Assembly: GCA_045863295.1 (NCBI GenBank)
Contig: BTWA01000010.1
Coordinates: 32,001-96,000 of the forward strand
Direction of reading: 5' to 3'
DNA from: Candidatus Hydrogenedentota bacterium
GTDB lineage: Bacteria > Hydrogenedentota > Hydrogenedentia > Hydrogenedentales > SLHB01
Length of the DNA: 64,000 nt
Shown here: in pieces, positions 40,457 through 53,200 of the stretch
Numbering within the stretch: the first letter of the stretch is position 1
How the letters are laid out: the number at the start of each line of letters is the position of its first letter
The notes under the pieces: model-generated
What the model saw: the letters and a program-made list of their open reading frames with translations, nothing else
Told to the model about the DNA's origin: nothing
Database searches by the model: none
Translations under genes and position numbers: made by a program

Positions 40457-42460
40457 CTAATATGGCATCTCAATTTGCCGCTGTTCCAACGTCTTGATCC
40501 GATCCCGGAATACGGCAGCCTTCTCGAATTCCATGTTGCGGGCCGCTTCCTGCATCTGCTTCTTCAAATCCCGTATGGTCTTGGCCAGACTGCCCGAAGA
40601 TACGTACAAATCGGCTTCCTCCGCCGCTTTGGGCACGGTCACATAGTCGCGCTCGTAGATGCTGTTCATCACGGAATCCATGGACTTCTGCACCGTTCGC
40701 GGCGAGATGCCGTGCTTCTTATTGTACGCCTCCTGCTTCTTGCGGCGGCGCTTCATCTCGCTCAAGGCGCGCTCCATCGAACCCGTCACGGTGTCAGCGT
40801 ACATGATGACGCGCCCGTGAACGTTGCGAGCCGCCCTCCCGCACGTTTGAATCAGACTCGTCTCGGAACGTAGATATCCCTCCTTGTCCGCATCAAGTAT
40901 CGCGACCAGCGACACTTCCGGGATATCCAGACCCTCGCGCAACAAATTAATCCCTATCAACACGTCGTACTCGCCCGCACGCAGTGATCGTATCAACTCA
41001 ATGCGCTCCAGCGTCTCCACGTCGGAATGCATGTAGCGGACGCGCACGTTCAAATCCTTGAAATACTCCGTCAGGTCCTCGGCCATGCGCTTGGTGAGCG
41101 TAGTCACCAGCACCCGCTCGCCGCGCGCGGCAATTCTGCGCACCTCGTCAAGCAGGTCGTCCACCTGATTGGTCGCGGGCCGCACTTCCACCTCGGGATC
41201 GATAAGCCCCGTCGGCCGAACGACCTGTTCGACAATCAGACCCTCGCTCTTCTTCAATTCGTACGCGCCCGGTGTCGCGCTCACGAATATCGTCTGTCCC
41301 GCCCGCTTCTCGAACTCTTCAAACTTCAAAGGACGGTTGTCTTTGGCGCATGGAAGCCGGAACCCGTATTCCACAAGCTTGTCTTTGCGCGATCGATCCC
41401 CTTTATACATGGCCCCAATTTGCGGCACCGTCACGTGACATTCGTCGATTATGAGCAGGTAATCGTCCGGGAAATAGTCGATCAAGGTGAACGGAGGCAC
41501 ACCGGGCATACGGCCCTCGAGGTGACGGGAATAATTCTCAATCCCAGAACAGAAGCCAACCTCTTTCAGCATTTCGATGTCGTATCGCGTCCGTTGGCTC
41601 AGGCGCTGGGATTCCAAAATGCGGTTCTCGTGCTCCAGTTCCTTGACGCGCTCCACCAATTCGAACCCGATGCCTTCCACAGCGCGATCCAGAGCCTCCC
41701 GCGTCGTGGCGTAGTGAGACCCCGGAAATATCGATACGCGCCGCAACTTGCGCTTCACGATCCCGCGCAACGGGTCAATCTCGTAAATCGTCTCTACCTC
41801 GTCGCCAAAATACTCCACTCGAATCGCAATATCCGCCTCGTATGACGGAAAAACATCGACCGTGTCGCCCCGCACCCGAAATGTGCCCCGGTAAAAATCC
41901 ACGTCATTGCGCGCGTACTGCATTGCAATGAGTCCGGCAATCAGGTTCTCGCGCGAATACTCGACGCCGGGCTCCAACTCCACCCGCAATCCCTTGTAGG
42001 TTTCCGGAGATCCGATGCCGTAAATGCAGGAAACGCTCGCCACGATGATCACATCCCGCCGCGTAAGCAGCGACTTCGTGGCGGAATGACGCATCTTGTC
42101 GATTTCGTCATTGATCGACGACTCCTTCTCAATGTACGTGTCGGTGGTGGGAACGTAGGCCTCGGGCTGGTAGTAATCGTAATAGCTCACAAAGTACTCA
42201 ACCGCATTTTCAGGGAAGAGTCCCTTGAATTCCATGAAGAGCTGCGCCGCTAAAATCTTGTTGGGCGCAATGACTAGCGCGGGCCGGTTCACATCCTGGA
42301 TCACGTTCGCAATCGTAAACGTCTTGCCCGATCCGGTTACGCCAAGAAGCACTTGGTGGGCAAGGCCTTCCTTGAGTCCCAGCACCAGTTCGCGAATGGC
42401 CGCGGGTTGATCGCCGGAAGGCGTGAAATCGGTAACGAGCTTAAAGCGATCCGCTTCCAT
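40457..42460 (-). CDS. uvrB: Excinuclease ABC subunit B
   Basis: [53 protein letters not shown]-terminal UVR domain. ATG overlaps the rel stop codon. Confidence 0.97.
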   Translation of the reverse strand: MEADRFKLVTDFTPSGDQPAAIRELVLGLKEGLAHQVLLGVTGSGKTFTIANVIQDVNRPALVIAPNKILAAQLFMEFKGLFPENAVEYFVSYYDYYQPEAYVPTTDTYIEKESSINDEIDKMRHSATKSLLTRRDVIIVASVSCIYGIGSPETYKGLRVELEPGVEYSRENLIAGLIAMQYARNDVDFYRGTFRVRGDTVDVFPSYEADIAIRVEYFGDEVETIYEIDPLRGIVKRKLRRVSIFPGSHYATTREALDRAVEGIGFELVERVKELEHENRILESQRLSQRTRYDIEMLKEVGFCSGIENYSRHLEGRMPGVPPFTLIDYFPDDYLLIIDECHVTVPQIGAMYKGDRSRKDKLVEYGFRLPCAKDNRPLKFEEFEKRAGQTIFVSATPGAYELKKSEGLIVEQVVRPTGLIDPEVEVRPATNQVDDLLDEVRRIAARGERVLVTTLTKRMAEDLTEYFKDLNVRVRYMHSDVETLERIELIRSLRAGEYDVLIGINLLREGLDIPEVSLVAILDADKEGYLRSETSLIQTCGRAARNVHGRVIMYADTVTGSMERALSEMKRRRKKQEAYNKKHGISPRTVQKSMDSVMNSIYERDYVTVPKAAEEADLYVSSGSLAKTIRDLKKQMQEAARNMEFEKAAVFRDRIKTLEQRQIEMPY

Positions 42461-44478
42461 CAATTCGCATGCGCTTTTGTCGGGTGCGAATGCGCCACCG
42501 GCACGCGATCGATCCGGCTCACACCCGCCACCGTCATGATGGTCGCCGCAACGCGTTCCACGCTGGCCTCGTCATTCGCCTCGAACACGAACTCAAATAG
42601 ACTTCGTCCTGCATCATCCGGCAGAAACTTCGCGCGCGTGATGCTGATATTCATCGGGCGAATGGCATTGGTTATATCCGCAATCACATTCGGGCGAGTG
42701 GTCGCGGTGATGCGCATTCCCACTTCAATGTGCGTGTCGCCTTCCCAGGAGGCTTGTAGAATGCGATCCGGATCCCGCTTCGTCCGCACAAACGCGGAAC
42801 AGTCTGCCCGGTGAATCGTAACCCCCGTGCCCTTCGTGGCATAACCGATGACCGCATGGCCCGGCATCGGTTTACAGCACTTCGCGAATTGAACCGCCAA
42901 ATTCGACATGCCCGTGACGCAAATCAATTTCGCTCGCGTCTCATCATCGACCTGCCGGACCTTCGGCTTCACCTCCGGCAACACCCGGATCGTGTTGCGC
43001 TTGATTTGCCCTTCCAGCGGTTCCAGCACGCCCAACTCGCGCAAACGCTGCCGGATGCGCGTCCGTGCCTTGCCCGTGATCACGATATCGAGCCAATCCA
43101 TGTGCGGCGTCTGGCCCTTGGACGTCAAAATCTCAACAATGTCGCCCGTCTGCAGGTTGTACCGCAGCGGAACCAGCTTTCCATTTACCTTCGCCCCTAC
43201 GCATTGATGGCCAATGGCGGAGTGCACGTTGTACGCAAAGTCCAGCGGCGTCGCACCCGCCGGGAACTCCATCACTTCACCTTTCGGCGTAAACACATAC
43301 ACGTCCGAGGTCGTCACGGCGCGCCGCAGACTATCCAGCAATTCCTCCGGCGCATGCGCGTCCTGAAGCCACTCAAACATGTGTTTGAGCCACTTCAATT
43401 GCGAGTCCAGCTTCAGATCGCTCCGGCCCTCTTTGTACTTCCAGTGAGCCGCAATCCCTTCCCGGGCCGTCCGATCCATCTCCTCCGTGCGGATCTGAAT
43501 CTCCAACGACATACCCCGCTCGCGCATCACCGACGTGTGTATCGATTGATACATATTGTCCTTGGGCATGGCGACATAGTCCTTGAAACGCCCCGGTATC
43601 GGTGGCCACAGTCGGTGAACGATGCCCAGCGAGTTGTAACAATCCGCGACGGTCTGCGTGATAATGCGCACCGCCTGCACATCCATCACCTGATCGAAAT
43701 CTTTGCCTTGCCGCACCATCTTCTGATAGATGCTGTACAAATGCTTCGGGCGGCCAATGACCCGGGCCGATACTTCCTCGTCTTTAAGGCGCGCCTCCAG
43801 ATATTCGATGGTCTCGTTCAACTCCTCTTCGCGCTCGCGCCGCTTCAAAGCCACATGTTCCGCCATGCGCCGGTATTCGTCCGGCCGGAGTTGGTGAAAC
43901 GCGTGATCCTCCAACTCCCACTTCCAGTTCGAAATACCCAGCCGGTCGGCAATGGGCGCGTAGATCTCCATCGTCTCCTCGCAGATGCGTTCCACACGCC
44001 CGCGATCTTTAATGAATTCGATCGTCCGCATATTGTGAAGGCGATCCGCAAGTTTCACCAGAATGACACGAACGTCCTGTGCCGTCGCAACCAGCATCTT
44101 GCGCAAATTCTCGGCCTGCTTCTCCTGGCGCGAAGGCTGCGCCGTCGTATAACGCATCGTGCGGATCTTGCTGACCCCGTCCACGAGATCGGCCATTTCC
44201 GGGCCAAATTCCTTTTTCAAAGTGGCATACGTGAGTTTGGTGTCTTCAAGCGTGTCGTGAAGCAGGCCCGCGGCAACCGTCACCGGATCCAAGCCAATAT
44301 GCGCCAATATCTTCGCCGTGGAAATGCAGTGGCTGATATACGGATCCCCCGAGTCCCGGAATTTGCCCGCATGAGCCTCGTTCGCGACGCGATACGCTTT
44401 CCGGACCAGATCGGCATCCTTTTCCGAGATCAGGTTCTTGCGAAGCACTTTTAGTAGTTTGGCGAATTCAGTGCGCAT
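42460..44478 (-). CDS. rel: Bifunctional (p)ppGpp synthetase/hydrolase
   Basis: Intact HD hydrolase motif (LHDTLED), [15 protein letters not shown] synthetase motif, YQSIH, EIQIRT, TGS, AKCCKP and ACT domains. Confidence 0.93.
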   Translation of the reverse strand: MRTEFAKLLKVLRKNLISEKDADLVRKAYRVANEAHAGKFRDSGDPYISHCISTAKILAHIGLDPVTVAAGLLHDTLEDTKLTYATLKKEFGPEMADLVDGVSKIRTMRYTTAQPSRQEKQAENLRKMLVATAQDVRVILVKLADRLHNMRTIEFIKDRGRVERICEETMEIYAPIADRLGISNWKWELEDHAFHQLRPDEYRRMAEHVALKRREREEELNETIEYLEARLKDEEVSARVIGRPKHLYSIYQKMVRQGKDFDQVMDVQAVRIITQTVADCYNSLGIVHRLWPPIPGRFKDYVAMPKDNMYQSIHTSVMRERGMSLEIQIRTEEMDRTAREGIAAHWKYKEGRSDLKLDSQLKWLKHMFEWLQDAHAPEELLDSLRRAVTTSDVYVFTPKGEVMEFPAGATPLDFAYNVHSAIGHQCVGAKVNGKLVPLRYNLQTGDIVEILTSKGQTPHMDWLDIVITGKARTRIRQRLRELGVLEPLEGQIKRNTIRVLPEVKPKVRQVDDETRAKLICVTGMSNLAVQFAKCCKPMPGHAVIGYATKGTGVTIHRADCSAFVRTKRDPDRILQASWEGDTHIEVGMRITATTRPNVIADITNAIRPMNISITRAKFLPDDAGRSLFEFVFEANDEASVERVAATIMTVAGVSRIDRVPVAHSHPTKAHAN

Positions 44479-44633
44479 AGCTTCCACCGCCCGCCCCAAA
44501 ATGACTCAAGCATCGCAGGACGAACGCTTTCCAACTTGGATTCAGTCTCCCCGCATTCTACCATTTGACCGGACGGACTTCATTCGGGGGAATCCGGACT
44601 CATTCCGGTAAGAACAACCAACGGAATCGATTC

Positions 44634-45935
44634 ATGCCGTACGCACACGACTTACAGAACAAACTTCAAAGCGTTATCGAATGGGCCGACCTCCGGCACG
44701 AACAAGGCGTCGCCGTGGATCCTACCCTCGACGCACTCCGAAGTGCCCTGGATCGCGCGGCAGACCGCCTTCAGAAAGCAAGGCGCCCGGCCGACCTGGC
44801 CGATAGAGAGCCTGATGATTTAGTCGCCATCCGGGCACTGCGTCCCAATGGCCCGCGACGGTTGCGGAAGGGCCTGTTTGCCGATGACATCGGCGACCGG
44901 ATGGCTGGCGCCTGGTTGGGGCGTGCCGCTGGCTGTACCCTCGGGGTCCCGGTCGAGCAATGGCCGGTAGATGACATGGAAGCATGGGCACGAAAGTGCC
45001 GTATGGCGTATCCACCAACCGATTATTGGACCGATCACCCAACCCCCGCGCGCGATTGGTACAAGACCAACACGCTCGGGGATTACCTCAAAGGAAGAAT
45101 CAACGCCGTCCCCGTGGACGACGACTTGACCTACACCTTCCTCGGTCTCCGGATTCTGGAACGCTTCGGCCCCGATTTCTCGACAGCCGATGTTGCAAAG
45201 GCATGGAAAGACTGGCTGCCCATGGCATGCACCGCCGAAGAAGTCGCCTTGCGCAATTTGAAGGCAGGAGTGGATCCCTATAAGGCCGCCGAAATCAACA
45301 ACCCGTTCCAGGAATGGATTGGCGCCGATATCCGCAGCGACTCGTGGGGGTATGCGGCGCCCGGCTGGCCGGAGCGTGCCGCCGAAATGGCCTATCGCGA
45401 CGCCTACCTCAGCCACCGCGGCAACGGCATCTACGGAGAAATGTTCTTTGCCGCCGCCATTGCCGCCGCCTTTACAGCATCCAATCCTCGCGAAGCACTC
45501 GAAATTGGACTCACCGAAATACCGAAAACTTGCCGCCTGTACAAAGACATCCGGTGGGCGTTGAACCACGCCAAGAAACTCAAAGGGTGGCGCGACGCCC
45601 ACGATGCCGTCGCGAAACGGTTCAAGGGCATGCACGCCGTACACACCAACAACAACGCCTGCCTTACCGTATTCGGCCTGTTGCTCGGCAATATGGATTT
45701 CACCCGCACCATCGGGCTCACCGTGGCCATGGGATTGGATAACGACTGCACGACCGCAACCGCCGGTTCCATTATCGGATCCATCATCGGTAAATCCAAC
45801 ATTCCCGGCCACTGGTGGAAGCCGTTCCGGAACCGCTCCAGGACGTATCTGAAAGGACATGGTATGCTGAAGAACGATGACATTGTCAGGCGATTCCTGG
45901 CCATGGCAAAAAGGGTGCATGACCTCGGCAAATAA
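44634..45935 (+). CDS. ADP-ribosylglycohydrolase family protein
   Basis: GAWLGRAAGCTLG.PVE, DDDLTYT, TAEE, WIGADIR.D, LSH, DNDCT.ATAGS. Confidence 0.85.
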   Translation: MPYAHDLQNKLQSVIEWADLRHEQGVAVDPTLDALRSALDRAADRLQKARRPADLADREPDDLVAIRALRPNGPRRLRKGLFADDIGDRMAGAWLGRAAGCTLGVPVEQWPVDDMEAWARKCRMAYPPTDYWTDHPTPARDWYKTNTLGDYLKGRINAVPVDDDLTYTFLGLRILERFGPDFSTADVAKAWKDWLPMACTAEEVALRNLKAGVDPYKAAEINNPFQEWIGADIRSDSWGYAAPGWPERAAEMAYRDAYLSHRGNGIYGEMFFAAAIAAAFTASNPREALEIGLTEIPKTCRLYKDIRWALNHAKKLKGWRDAHDAVAKRFKGMHAVHTNNNACLTVFGLLLGNMDFTRTIGLTVAMGLDNDCTTATAGSIIGSIIGKSNIPGHWWKPFRNRSRTYLKGHGMLKNDDIVRRFLAMAKRVHDLGK

Positions 45936-45955
45936 CCGTGTGCGAGGGCAAGTCC

Positions 45956-47116
45956 ATGCTCGAAAAGCAATTCCTGTTCAGCAAGCGGGGACCCGGTCTT
46001 TCAGGCCTCCATCAACTTCCCGTGTTCAGCATTCATGATTGGGATCTCGTGGCGGAATCGCCGCAGAGATTGCGATACCGCACGGGAATGCGTGCCCTAA
46101 TCAACCGGCTCGGCATTACCTTTGTCGTCGGAGTCGCGCTGGCCTTGATTTACTTCGGTTTCTATCGCGACTTCATGGAAACGCAGCCGATCCCGGATCA
46201 AGACCCCTCATTTGTAGCCGAAATGGAAAAGATGGCGCACGAATTGACAGCGGGCAATGCCGAATTGCAGCGTACCTTTCAGCAAAGCCAGGAGGAATTC
46301 AACCGCAAGCAACAGGCCGCGCGCGAAGACTACATCGCCAAGCGCCACAGGGCAGGCCAAGTCGTTCAAGGCATCATGCTCCTTATTGCCTTATTGGGTC
46401 TCTATCCGCCGGTGAGTGTCCTATGGTCCACACTAACCCTCGAAATCGATCTGTGGAACAATCTCCGAATTCGCAAGGGAGGTCTTATCCCGCGTACGCG
46501 AGTTTGGCCTGCCGATGCGTTTCAATCCATCGCCTACGGCGCGGAAGAACGCATCCACCGGGGCCAGGACAAACGGACGCACGGCGGTTGGCGGTGGTTC
46601 GTCCGGCTGTATGCAAAAAGTGATCTCCCGCTTCCAGCAATCGGGGCCGGAATTCCTCCCAATCAGATTGAGTTTCAGATTCATTATCAAAGGGATCGCC
46701 CCGTAACGGGGGTGAAGCCCCCGGCTCCGGTAGTTAAGCTTGTAAATTGGCTCAAGGCCGTCACGCGTGCGGAAGTGCAAGGCCCCCTCATCGTAGACGA
46801 CCGCGCGGCCGCCGGCTCATTTTTCCAAGGCCGCGTTCCGGTGCAAACCGTGGGCCCGGTCACGCTAGCCCGCGGGCCCGTCACGGAAACCCGCACGGAA
46901 TTTAAATCGTTGGACGAGATGCCCCCGGAACTCCGATCAAAATTCGAAAAGCTGATGGCTCAGGGGCGAACGTCGGAAGTCGTTACACATAGCGTTACCG
47001 TCGAGAGCGGCGGCCCCATAGTCTACAGAGATCAGAACGGTATCGAGCACCGGTACAGGTCGATTGATGAAATGCCCCCCGACATCCGATCCCTATTCGA
47101 TCACTTTCAAAAGTAG
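45956..47116 (+). CDS. Hypothetical membrane protein
   Basis: Two TM segments flanking a coiled-coil; duplicated C-terminal S(L/I)DEMPP(E/D)(L/I)RS motif. Start 45938 or 45956. Confidence 0.6.
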   Translation: MLEKQFLFSKRGPGLSGLHQLPVFSIHDWDLVAESPQRLRYRTGMRALINRLGITFVVGVALALIYFGFYRDFMETQPIPDQDPSFVAEMEKMAHELTAGNAELQRTFQQSQEEFNRKQQAAREDYIAKRHRAGQVVQGIMLLIALLGLYPPVSVLWSTLTLEIDLWNNLRIRKGGLIPRTRVWPADAFQSIAYGAEERIHRGQDKRTHGGWRWFVRLYAKSDLPLPAIGAGIPPNQIEFQIHYQRDRPVTGVKPPAPVVKLVNWLKAVTRAEVQGPLIVDDRAAAGSFFQGRVPVQTVGPVTLARGPVTETRTEFKSLDEMPPELRSKFEKLMAQGRTSEVVTHSVTVESGGPIVYRDQNGIEHRYRSIDEMPPDIRSLFDHFQK

Positions 47117-47258
47117 ACGGGTTTGGTCCGCGGAAACTGGACCCCAAGTTGACTGAACTCACTTGCTTGCGGCCAAACGCACTGAATTGGACTGCAAAAG
47201 GCCTCGCGGGTATTCTTCGGCCGTTACTGCACGCTTCGTGACAATCGAGGAGAAAGAC

Positions 47259-47723
47259 ATGCAACCCCCATTCGACGATGCGATCAAAGTCCATCGCTGG
47301 TTTGCCGTGGAATGCAACAATGCAGCATGGGACTCCATTGAAGGAAAAAGCCGCTCGCCGGAAGAGATGGATCGGATGATTACGGTTGCCCATGCAGCCC
47401 GATGGCACTGGAAGCACGCGGGCGGCGCTGTGAACGAACAACGTGCGCTCTGTTTGCTCGCCTATGCCTACCTCACGGCAGGTAATTGCCAGGAGGCCCT
47501 GCATTATGCTCAGGGATGCTTCGCCCTGACAGAAGCCGCTCCGGCAGGACTGACCGATTTCGATCGGGCGGTTGCCTTTGACGCCTATGCCAAAGCCGCA
47601 TCCAGATCCGGCGACTCCGCCACGGCAGGTCCTCTACAAGAGAAAGCACGGCAAATCGCCGAGTCATTGCCCGACATGGATGATCGGGAAACCGCCCTCC
47701 GCATCATGGCGACGATTCAATGA
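47259..47723 (+). CDS. Hypothetical TPR-like helical protein
   Basis: GAGGAG RBS; HRWFAVECNN.AW, AHAARWHW, TPR-like LAYAY...G...EAL.YA. Confidence 0.65.
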   Translation: MQPPFDDAIKVHRWFAVECNNAAWDSIEGKSRSPEEMDRMITVAHAARWHWKHAGGAVNEQRALCLLAYAYLTAGNCQEALHYAQGCFALTEAAPAGLTDFDRAVAFDAYAKAASRSGDSATAGPLQEKARQIAESLPDMDDRETALRIMATIQ

Positions 47724-47871
47724 GGTAATGTGCGTCAGAACGGATTCCCGTTTTGATTGGTGCGAATGTGCGCCGATCAAGCCAAGAGAAAACTCGCCGA
47801 AGACAACTCAAGATTCACTCAATATGCCATTAGCCGAAACCTCATCCCACGGCATACAGAAGGATCATTCC

Positions 47872-48654
47872 ATGACGGGCAAGGCACAACAATTTGTCGC
47901 ACTTCTACTTTCGCTCTTGGCCACCGGCGCTTTTGCCGCCGAGCCCTGTGCACACCGCGGCGACAACAAGGCCGCGCCGGAAAACACGATTCCCGCATTT
48001 GAATCCGCCGCACGAAAGGGAGCAAAGCAAATAGAACTCGACGTTCATCTTTCAAAGGACGGCGTGCCGGTGATAATGCATGACAATACCCTTCAGCGCA
48101 CCACCAACGGAGAAGGCAACATAAGCGATCGTACATGGGACGAATTACACAATCTCGACGCGGGAAGTTGGTTCGGCGAAGCGTTCAAAGGTACGAGAAT
48201 ACCCACCCTCGAGCAAGCGCTCGCAGTCATTCCCGAAGGCATTCTCTGCAACGTACACTTGAAGGACGCGCCAGGAGTCGCCAAAACGGCCGCCGAAGTC
48301 CTCGAAAAGCTCGGCCGCCTCGAAAACAGCTTCCTCGCGTGCACTCTTGAACAGGCCCAGGAAGCCCGCATCGTCAATCCCGGCATTAAAATATGCAACA
48401 TGTCCCGCCAGGGAGGAAATCGAGGCGCCTACATCGATCAAACCATCGCGGCGGGGTGTCAGTTTATCCAATTGCACAAAGCACAGGGTATGGATGGACT
48501 CAAGGAAGATGTGGACCGTCTTCACGCGGCAGGCGTAATCGTAAACTTCTTCGGCGCCAACGACGCGGATACCATGCAACCGCTGGCAGATGCAGGCATC
48601 GACTACATCCTTACCGACGATCTCGATCTCGGCTTGAAGACGTTGAGGAAATAG
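47872..48654 (+). CDS. Glycerophosphodiester phosphodiesterase family protein (secreted)
   Basis: AHRG...PENT..AF, IELDV..SKDG...MHD, LDAGSWF, RIPTL, I.TD. Confidence 0.9.
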   Translation: MTGKAQQFVALLLSLLATGAFAAEPCAHRGDNKAAPENTIPAFESAARKGAKQIELDVHLSKDGVPVIMHDNTLQRTTNGEGNISDRTWDELHNLDAGSWFGEAFKGTRIPTLEQALAVIPEGILCNVHLKDAPGVAKTAAEVLEKLGRLENSFLACTLEQAQEARIVNPGIKICNMSRQGGNRGAYIDQTIAAGCQFIQLHKAQGMDGLKEDVDRLHAAGVIVNFFGANDADTMQPLADAGIDYILTDDLDLGLKTLRK

Positions 48655-48677
48655 CGAGAAAGTCTCTTTGCGCCGTG

Positions 48678-50216
48678 TCAGAAAATTGTGGACGTGTCTA
48701 TCCCCGGTGCTACGCGATCCAGAATCATTGCCTCACCGGACTTCACCGTGAACTGCAGCAAGGTTTCCATCGACTTGGTGAAATGCGATAAGGGCCGCAC
48801 CACGGAAAGGCCATACTTGCCCGCGCGAAGCCGGCCAATCTCGAAGTTCCCATTCAAACCGACCTGCACCGTTTCATACGAATCTCTAGGCGAATCATTG
48901 TCTGTCGTTCGCCACACCGAAACGCCGTCCGGCACATAGCCCAGCGCGCCAATATCCACGGTTCCGCGCACGACCGCTTCCGGCTCAACCGGTATCGTGA
49001 CCATACCCGATGCATCGGGCGCTGGCCGCTGTGATGCAAGAACTACCGTTCGCGCGAAACCCGCCGTGTAAACTAATAGCACGCCCGGATGCCCTGCTTC
49101 GTCGCTGAGAGAAAACCGGCCGCGCTCATCCGTCGACGCGCGCTGCACCATTTCAAGTCCGTAGTGCCCATCCGCAAGGTCAGGCCACTCAGACCATTCA
49201 ACATACAGAGCCCCGTCGTTAACGGCATAAAGAACCTCCGCGTTGACTATGGGTTCGCCAGTGGCTGCGCTGACAAGTCTCCCCTCAAACGTTGGTGACG
49301 GCTTCAACGCAATCTTGGGTACGAGTGAATACGCCAGCTTCGCGGCAGCAATTTCGCCTCGCCACGGCGCATACCCCCGAGCGTAGATCTGAACCGTGTA
49401 TTCCCGGCCCGCGGTCAGTTCCTGGCCCAAAAGATACACGCCGTCTTCGTTGGACATGGGCATAGTCGGTGCGCCATGCCGGATTGTCGCGCACACGACC
49501 GTAACCGGTTCGCCGCTATCGCCATTCACCGCCTGAATACGCACTTGACCGGGCACCCCGCTGCCGGCCATCACGAATTCATGATGGTTGTCCACGTCGT
49601 AGTTCTTGTCATTCAACCACCGGTGCGGAGCTTCCACATGCACTTGAACCCGGCCTGCCGGCAGGTTGTCGAGCCGGAACACCCCATCCGCATCGGTTGT
49701 CACGAGTTCGCGATCGCTCCCAGGCAGCGGCATGGCATAAGACGGCATGGAAAAACTGGAATGAAACCCCTCGACCGCCGTACTGGCAGCAATTACCGCC
49801 CCGGCAACAGGCGTGCCGTCTTCCCCCGTCACCACGCCGTCAATCCAATGGGCAGGCTCCAGCACTGCATCTTGCTCGGCCGGAGGCAGTGTATCGGCAT
49901 CGGACGCGGGTTCGCCCACATGAATCCACGGGGCGCCGGCCACCCAATACTGTGGAGCATATCCGTCCTTGCTGATAGCGAGCCGATAGCCCGCGCCATA
50001 ACGTTCCACCGGCAAGGCGTATCTGCCGTCCGCCTCGGTATACGTACGCTCCCGATCCCCCGCCTCCGCGTCCAGCAATCCCCATTCCACCATCGCACCG
50101 GCAACCGGTGTGCCATCGATGTCGGTGACAAGTCCCGTAATGGTCTTCACATCCGCCCCGGCATAGGCAACAAAGTATGAGAGAATGGCTACGCACGCTG
50201 AAACAATCGACACCAT
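48678..50216 (-). CDS. Carboxypeptidase-regulatory-like repeat protein (secreted)
   Basis: Repeated G.V....G.PVAGA.V / T.ADG.(Y/F).L beta-sandwich units. Confidence 0.7.
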   Translation of the reverse strand: MVSIVSACVAILSYFVAYAGADVKTITGLVTDIDGTPVAGAMVEWGLLDAEAGDRERTYTEADGRYALPVERYGAGYRLAISKDGYAPQYWVAGAPWIHVGEPASDADTLPPAEQDAVLEPAHWIDGVVTGEDGTPVAGAVIAASTAVEGFHSSFSMPSYAMPLPGSDRELVTTDADGVFRLDNLPAGRVQVHVEAPHRWLNDKNYDVDNHHEFVMAGSGVPGQVRIQAVNGDSGEPVTVVCATIRHGAPTMPMSNEDGVYLLGQELTAGREYTVQIYARGYAPWRGEIAAAKLAYSLVPKIALKPSPTFEGRLVSAATGEPIVNAEVLYAVNDGALYVEWSEWPDLADGHYGLEMVQRASTDERGRFSLSDEAGHPGVLLVYTAGFARTVVLASQRPAPDASGMVTIPVEPEAVVRGTVDIGALGYVPDGVSVWRTTDNDSPRDSYETVQVGLNGNFEIGRLRAGKYGLSVVRPLSHFTKSMETLLQFTVKSGEAMILDRVAPGIDTSTIF

Positions 50217-50280
50217 GGCGCAAACTCCTGGGCACAACAGAACTCATCACAGTTTCATAACGATGCAACACGGATTCTGT

Positions 50281-53200
50281 TCAATAATCGGCATGATCAA
50301 TGACCGGCTTTCCGTATCCCCCGCCTCCCGGCGTTTCGATCACCAGCACATCCCCCGGCGCGACCTCAATGGCCGCTCGCCCTTCCAGCGCATGCGTCTC
50401 ACCGTTTCGCACCAGCGCATTCCGTCCCGGTTGCCCCGGCTCACCGCCGTGCATGCCGTACGGGCAAGTGACCCGCCGCTCGGTCAGCAGTGTCACGTGC
50501 ATGCCTTCCAAAAACTCAATGGACCGGCGTGTCCCATCACCACCCCGCCATTGGCCCTTGCCGCCGGTTTCTTTCCTTAGCGCAAACTCTCGCACCACCA
50601 CCGGGTATCGATGTTCCAACACCTCCGGATCCGTGATGCGCGTGTTGGTCATATGCACATGCACACCCGACGCGCCGTGAAATCCGCTCCCCGCGCCCGC
50701 TCCGCCGCCAATCGTTTCGTAGTACCCGAATCTCTCCGTGCCAAAACTGAAATTGTTCATCGTGCCCTGGCCCGCCGCAAGCACGCCCAACGCTCCGTAC
50801 AACACGTCGCACACGCGCTGCGACGTCTCCACATTGCCGCCCACCACCGCCGCCGGGTACCGGGGATTCAAGAGAGATCCCTCCGGAATGCGAATCTCGA
50901 TAGGATCGAGACATCCACCATTGAGCGGTATGGGTTTGCCAATCAGTGTTCGCATGACATACAAACAGGCCGCCTTCACCACCGCCGGACGCGCATTCAG
51001 ATTCCCGTCCAGTTGCGGGTCCGTTCCCGCAAAATCAATAACCGCCGACTCGCCTTTAATGGTCACCGCGCAACGAATCGTTGCGCCGCAATCCAGACTG
51101 TCTTCAAAACGGTAGACCCCGTCCCCAATCGTGCCCAACACTTCGCGCATGGACTCCGCCGCATTGTCGCGCACATGCCTCATATACGCTCGCACAACCG
51201 GCAGCGTGTACTTCGCACACAGTGCATGCAACAAGGCCACGCCCTGCGAATTGGCCGCAAGTTGCGCCCGCAGATCGGATAAGCGCTCGTCCATATTGCG
51301 CGCGGGATAAGGACCGCTCGAAAGCAGTTTCACAATGCCTGCTTCGTCGAAGCACCCCCGCGCAACCAATTTCACGTTTCGAATCACAACCCCTTCTTCA
51401 TCCAACGACCTCGAAAATGGCGGCATGGACCCGGGCGTGATCCCCCCTATATCAGCATGGTGTCCACGATTGGCTACAAGAAAAACACACGCTCCATCGC
51501 CGGAAAATACCGGCGTCACCACCGTCACGTCGGGCAAATGCGATCCGCCATGATAGGGATCGTTTGTTGCATACACATCGCCCGGCTGCATCGTCCCGCC
51601 GCAAGCCTCAATGACAGCCTTGACCGATTCGCCCATCGCCCCAAGATGCACAGGGATGTGAGGCGCGTTCGCCACCAAGTCCCCCTCCCCCGTAAACACC
51701 GCACAGGAAAAGTCGAGCCGCTCCTTTATGTTCACCGAATGACTCACGCGCTCCAGCGTGCGGCCCATCTGATCGGCAATGGACATGAACAGATTATTGA
51801 ATATCTCCAGCATCACCGGATCGCGCTCCGTACGGACCCGTTCGCGGGTCGATTCCGAAACCGCGCGAAGCAGTAGATGATTGTACGCATTCACTTCCGC
51901 CGTCCAACCCCGTTCCAAGACAATCGTGGAAACCTCCTCCACGATCAGTGCGGGTCCGTTTACGCAATGCCCGTGGCACAACGCAACGCGCGGATACACC
52001 GGAGTGGACACGGCCTCGACGCGTCGCATGCCGTCGGCGCCGGTCAAGTCAAACCACACGGAAACCCAATCCACCGGGACGGGTTCGCCTTCCGCCCTCT
52101 CGCACAATGCTTCCACCGGCGTATCGGTATGCCCAATCGCCTCGACGCGCAATGCGACGATCTCCACCGCATGTCCGGCCTTTGAATACCCATACAGCCG
52201 CGTATGCGCTTCGACAAACCGCTCCAGAAGCAACCCGTCATCCGTCCAAGCCACATTCAACGGCGTATCCGTACCCGCATACCGAAGATCGGCCGAACGA
52301 CGCAATTCCAACGACTTCGAATCGAAACCTTCGTCCCCGAGCACACCGGTTAATTCCCTTTCCAGAACGGCGAAACGGCTGTCCGCTTCGACCAGCGATT
52401 CATCCGTCAAGGACTTCAACATCGCCGTCGCGCGCGAGTGCATCGTGTCGGCCAATCCCATGCCATAGGCGCTCAGTACGCCTGCAAACGGATGCACGAC
52501 GACCGTACGGATACCAAGGAGATCCGCCAGGGCACACGCATGCTGCCCGCCCGCGCCCCCAAAACAGACCAGCGCGTACTCCTGCACGTCATAGCCGCGC
52601 GAAACACTGATTTCCTTGATTGGCTTGGCCATGTTCTCGTTCGCAATACGCACAAAGCCCGCGGCCACGGCCTCCGGCGTCATCAATGAACCCGTCGCCT
52701 CGGATACCGCGCGCGCAATATCCGACAACGCCCGTCGCGCCGCCTCCGCATCCAGCGGCTCTTGCGCATCCCTGCCAAAACACGCAGGGAAGTACTTCGG
52801 TTGGATACGTCCCAGCAACACATTCGCATCCGTGACAGTAGCAGGCCCGCCGCGACGGTAACTGGCCGGCCCCGGCACAGCACCAGCGCTCTCCGGCCCC
52901 ACGGTATAGCGCCGGCCATCAAAAGACAGAACGGATCCACCTCCCGCTGCGACTGTCTCAATGTCCATCATGGGCGCTTTGATCCGAACCCCCGCCACCG
53001 GCTTCTCAAACACATAATCGAAGGACCCGTCAAACCGGGACACATCCGTGGAGGTGCCCCCCATGTCAAAACCAATCGCCTTCTCAAAGCCCGCCGTCAC
53101 CGCCACATGGGCACACGCGACAACTCCCCCCGCCGGTCCCGACAATATCGCGTCTTTGCCCGAAAACCGCTCGCCATCGGCGAGGCCGCCATTCGATTGC

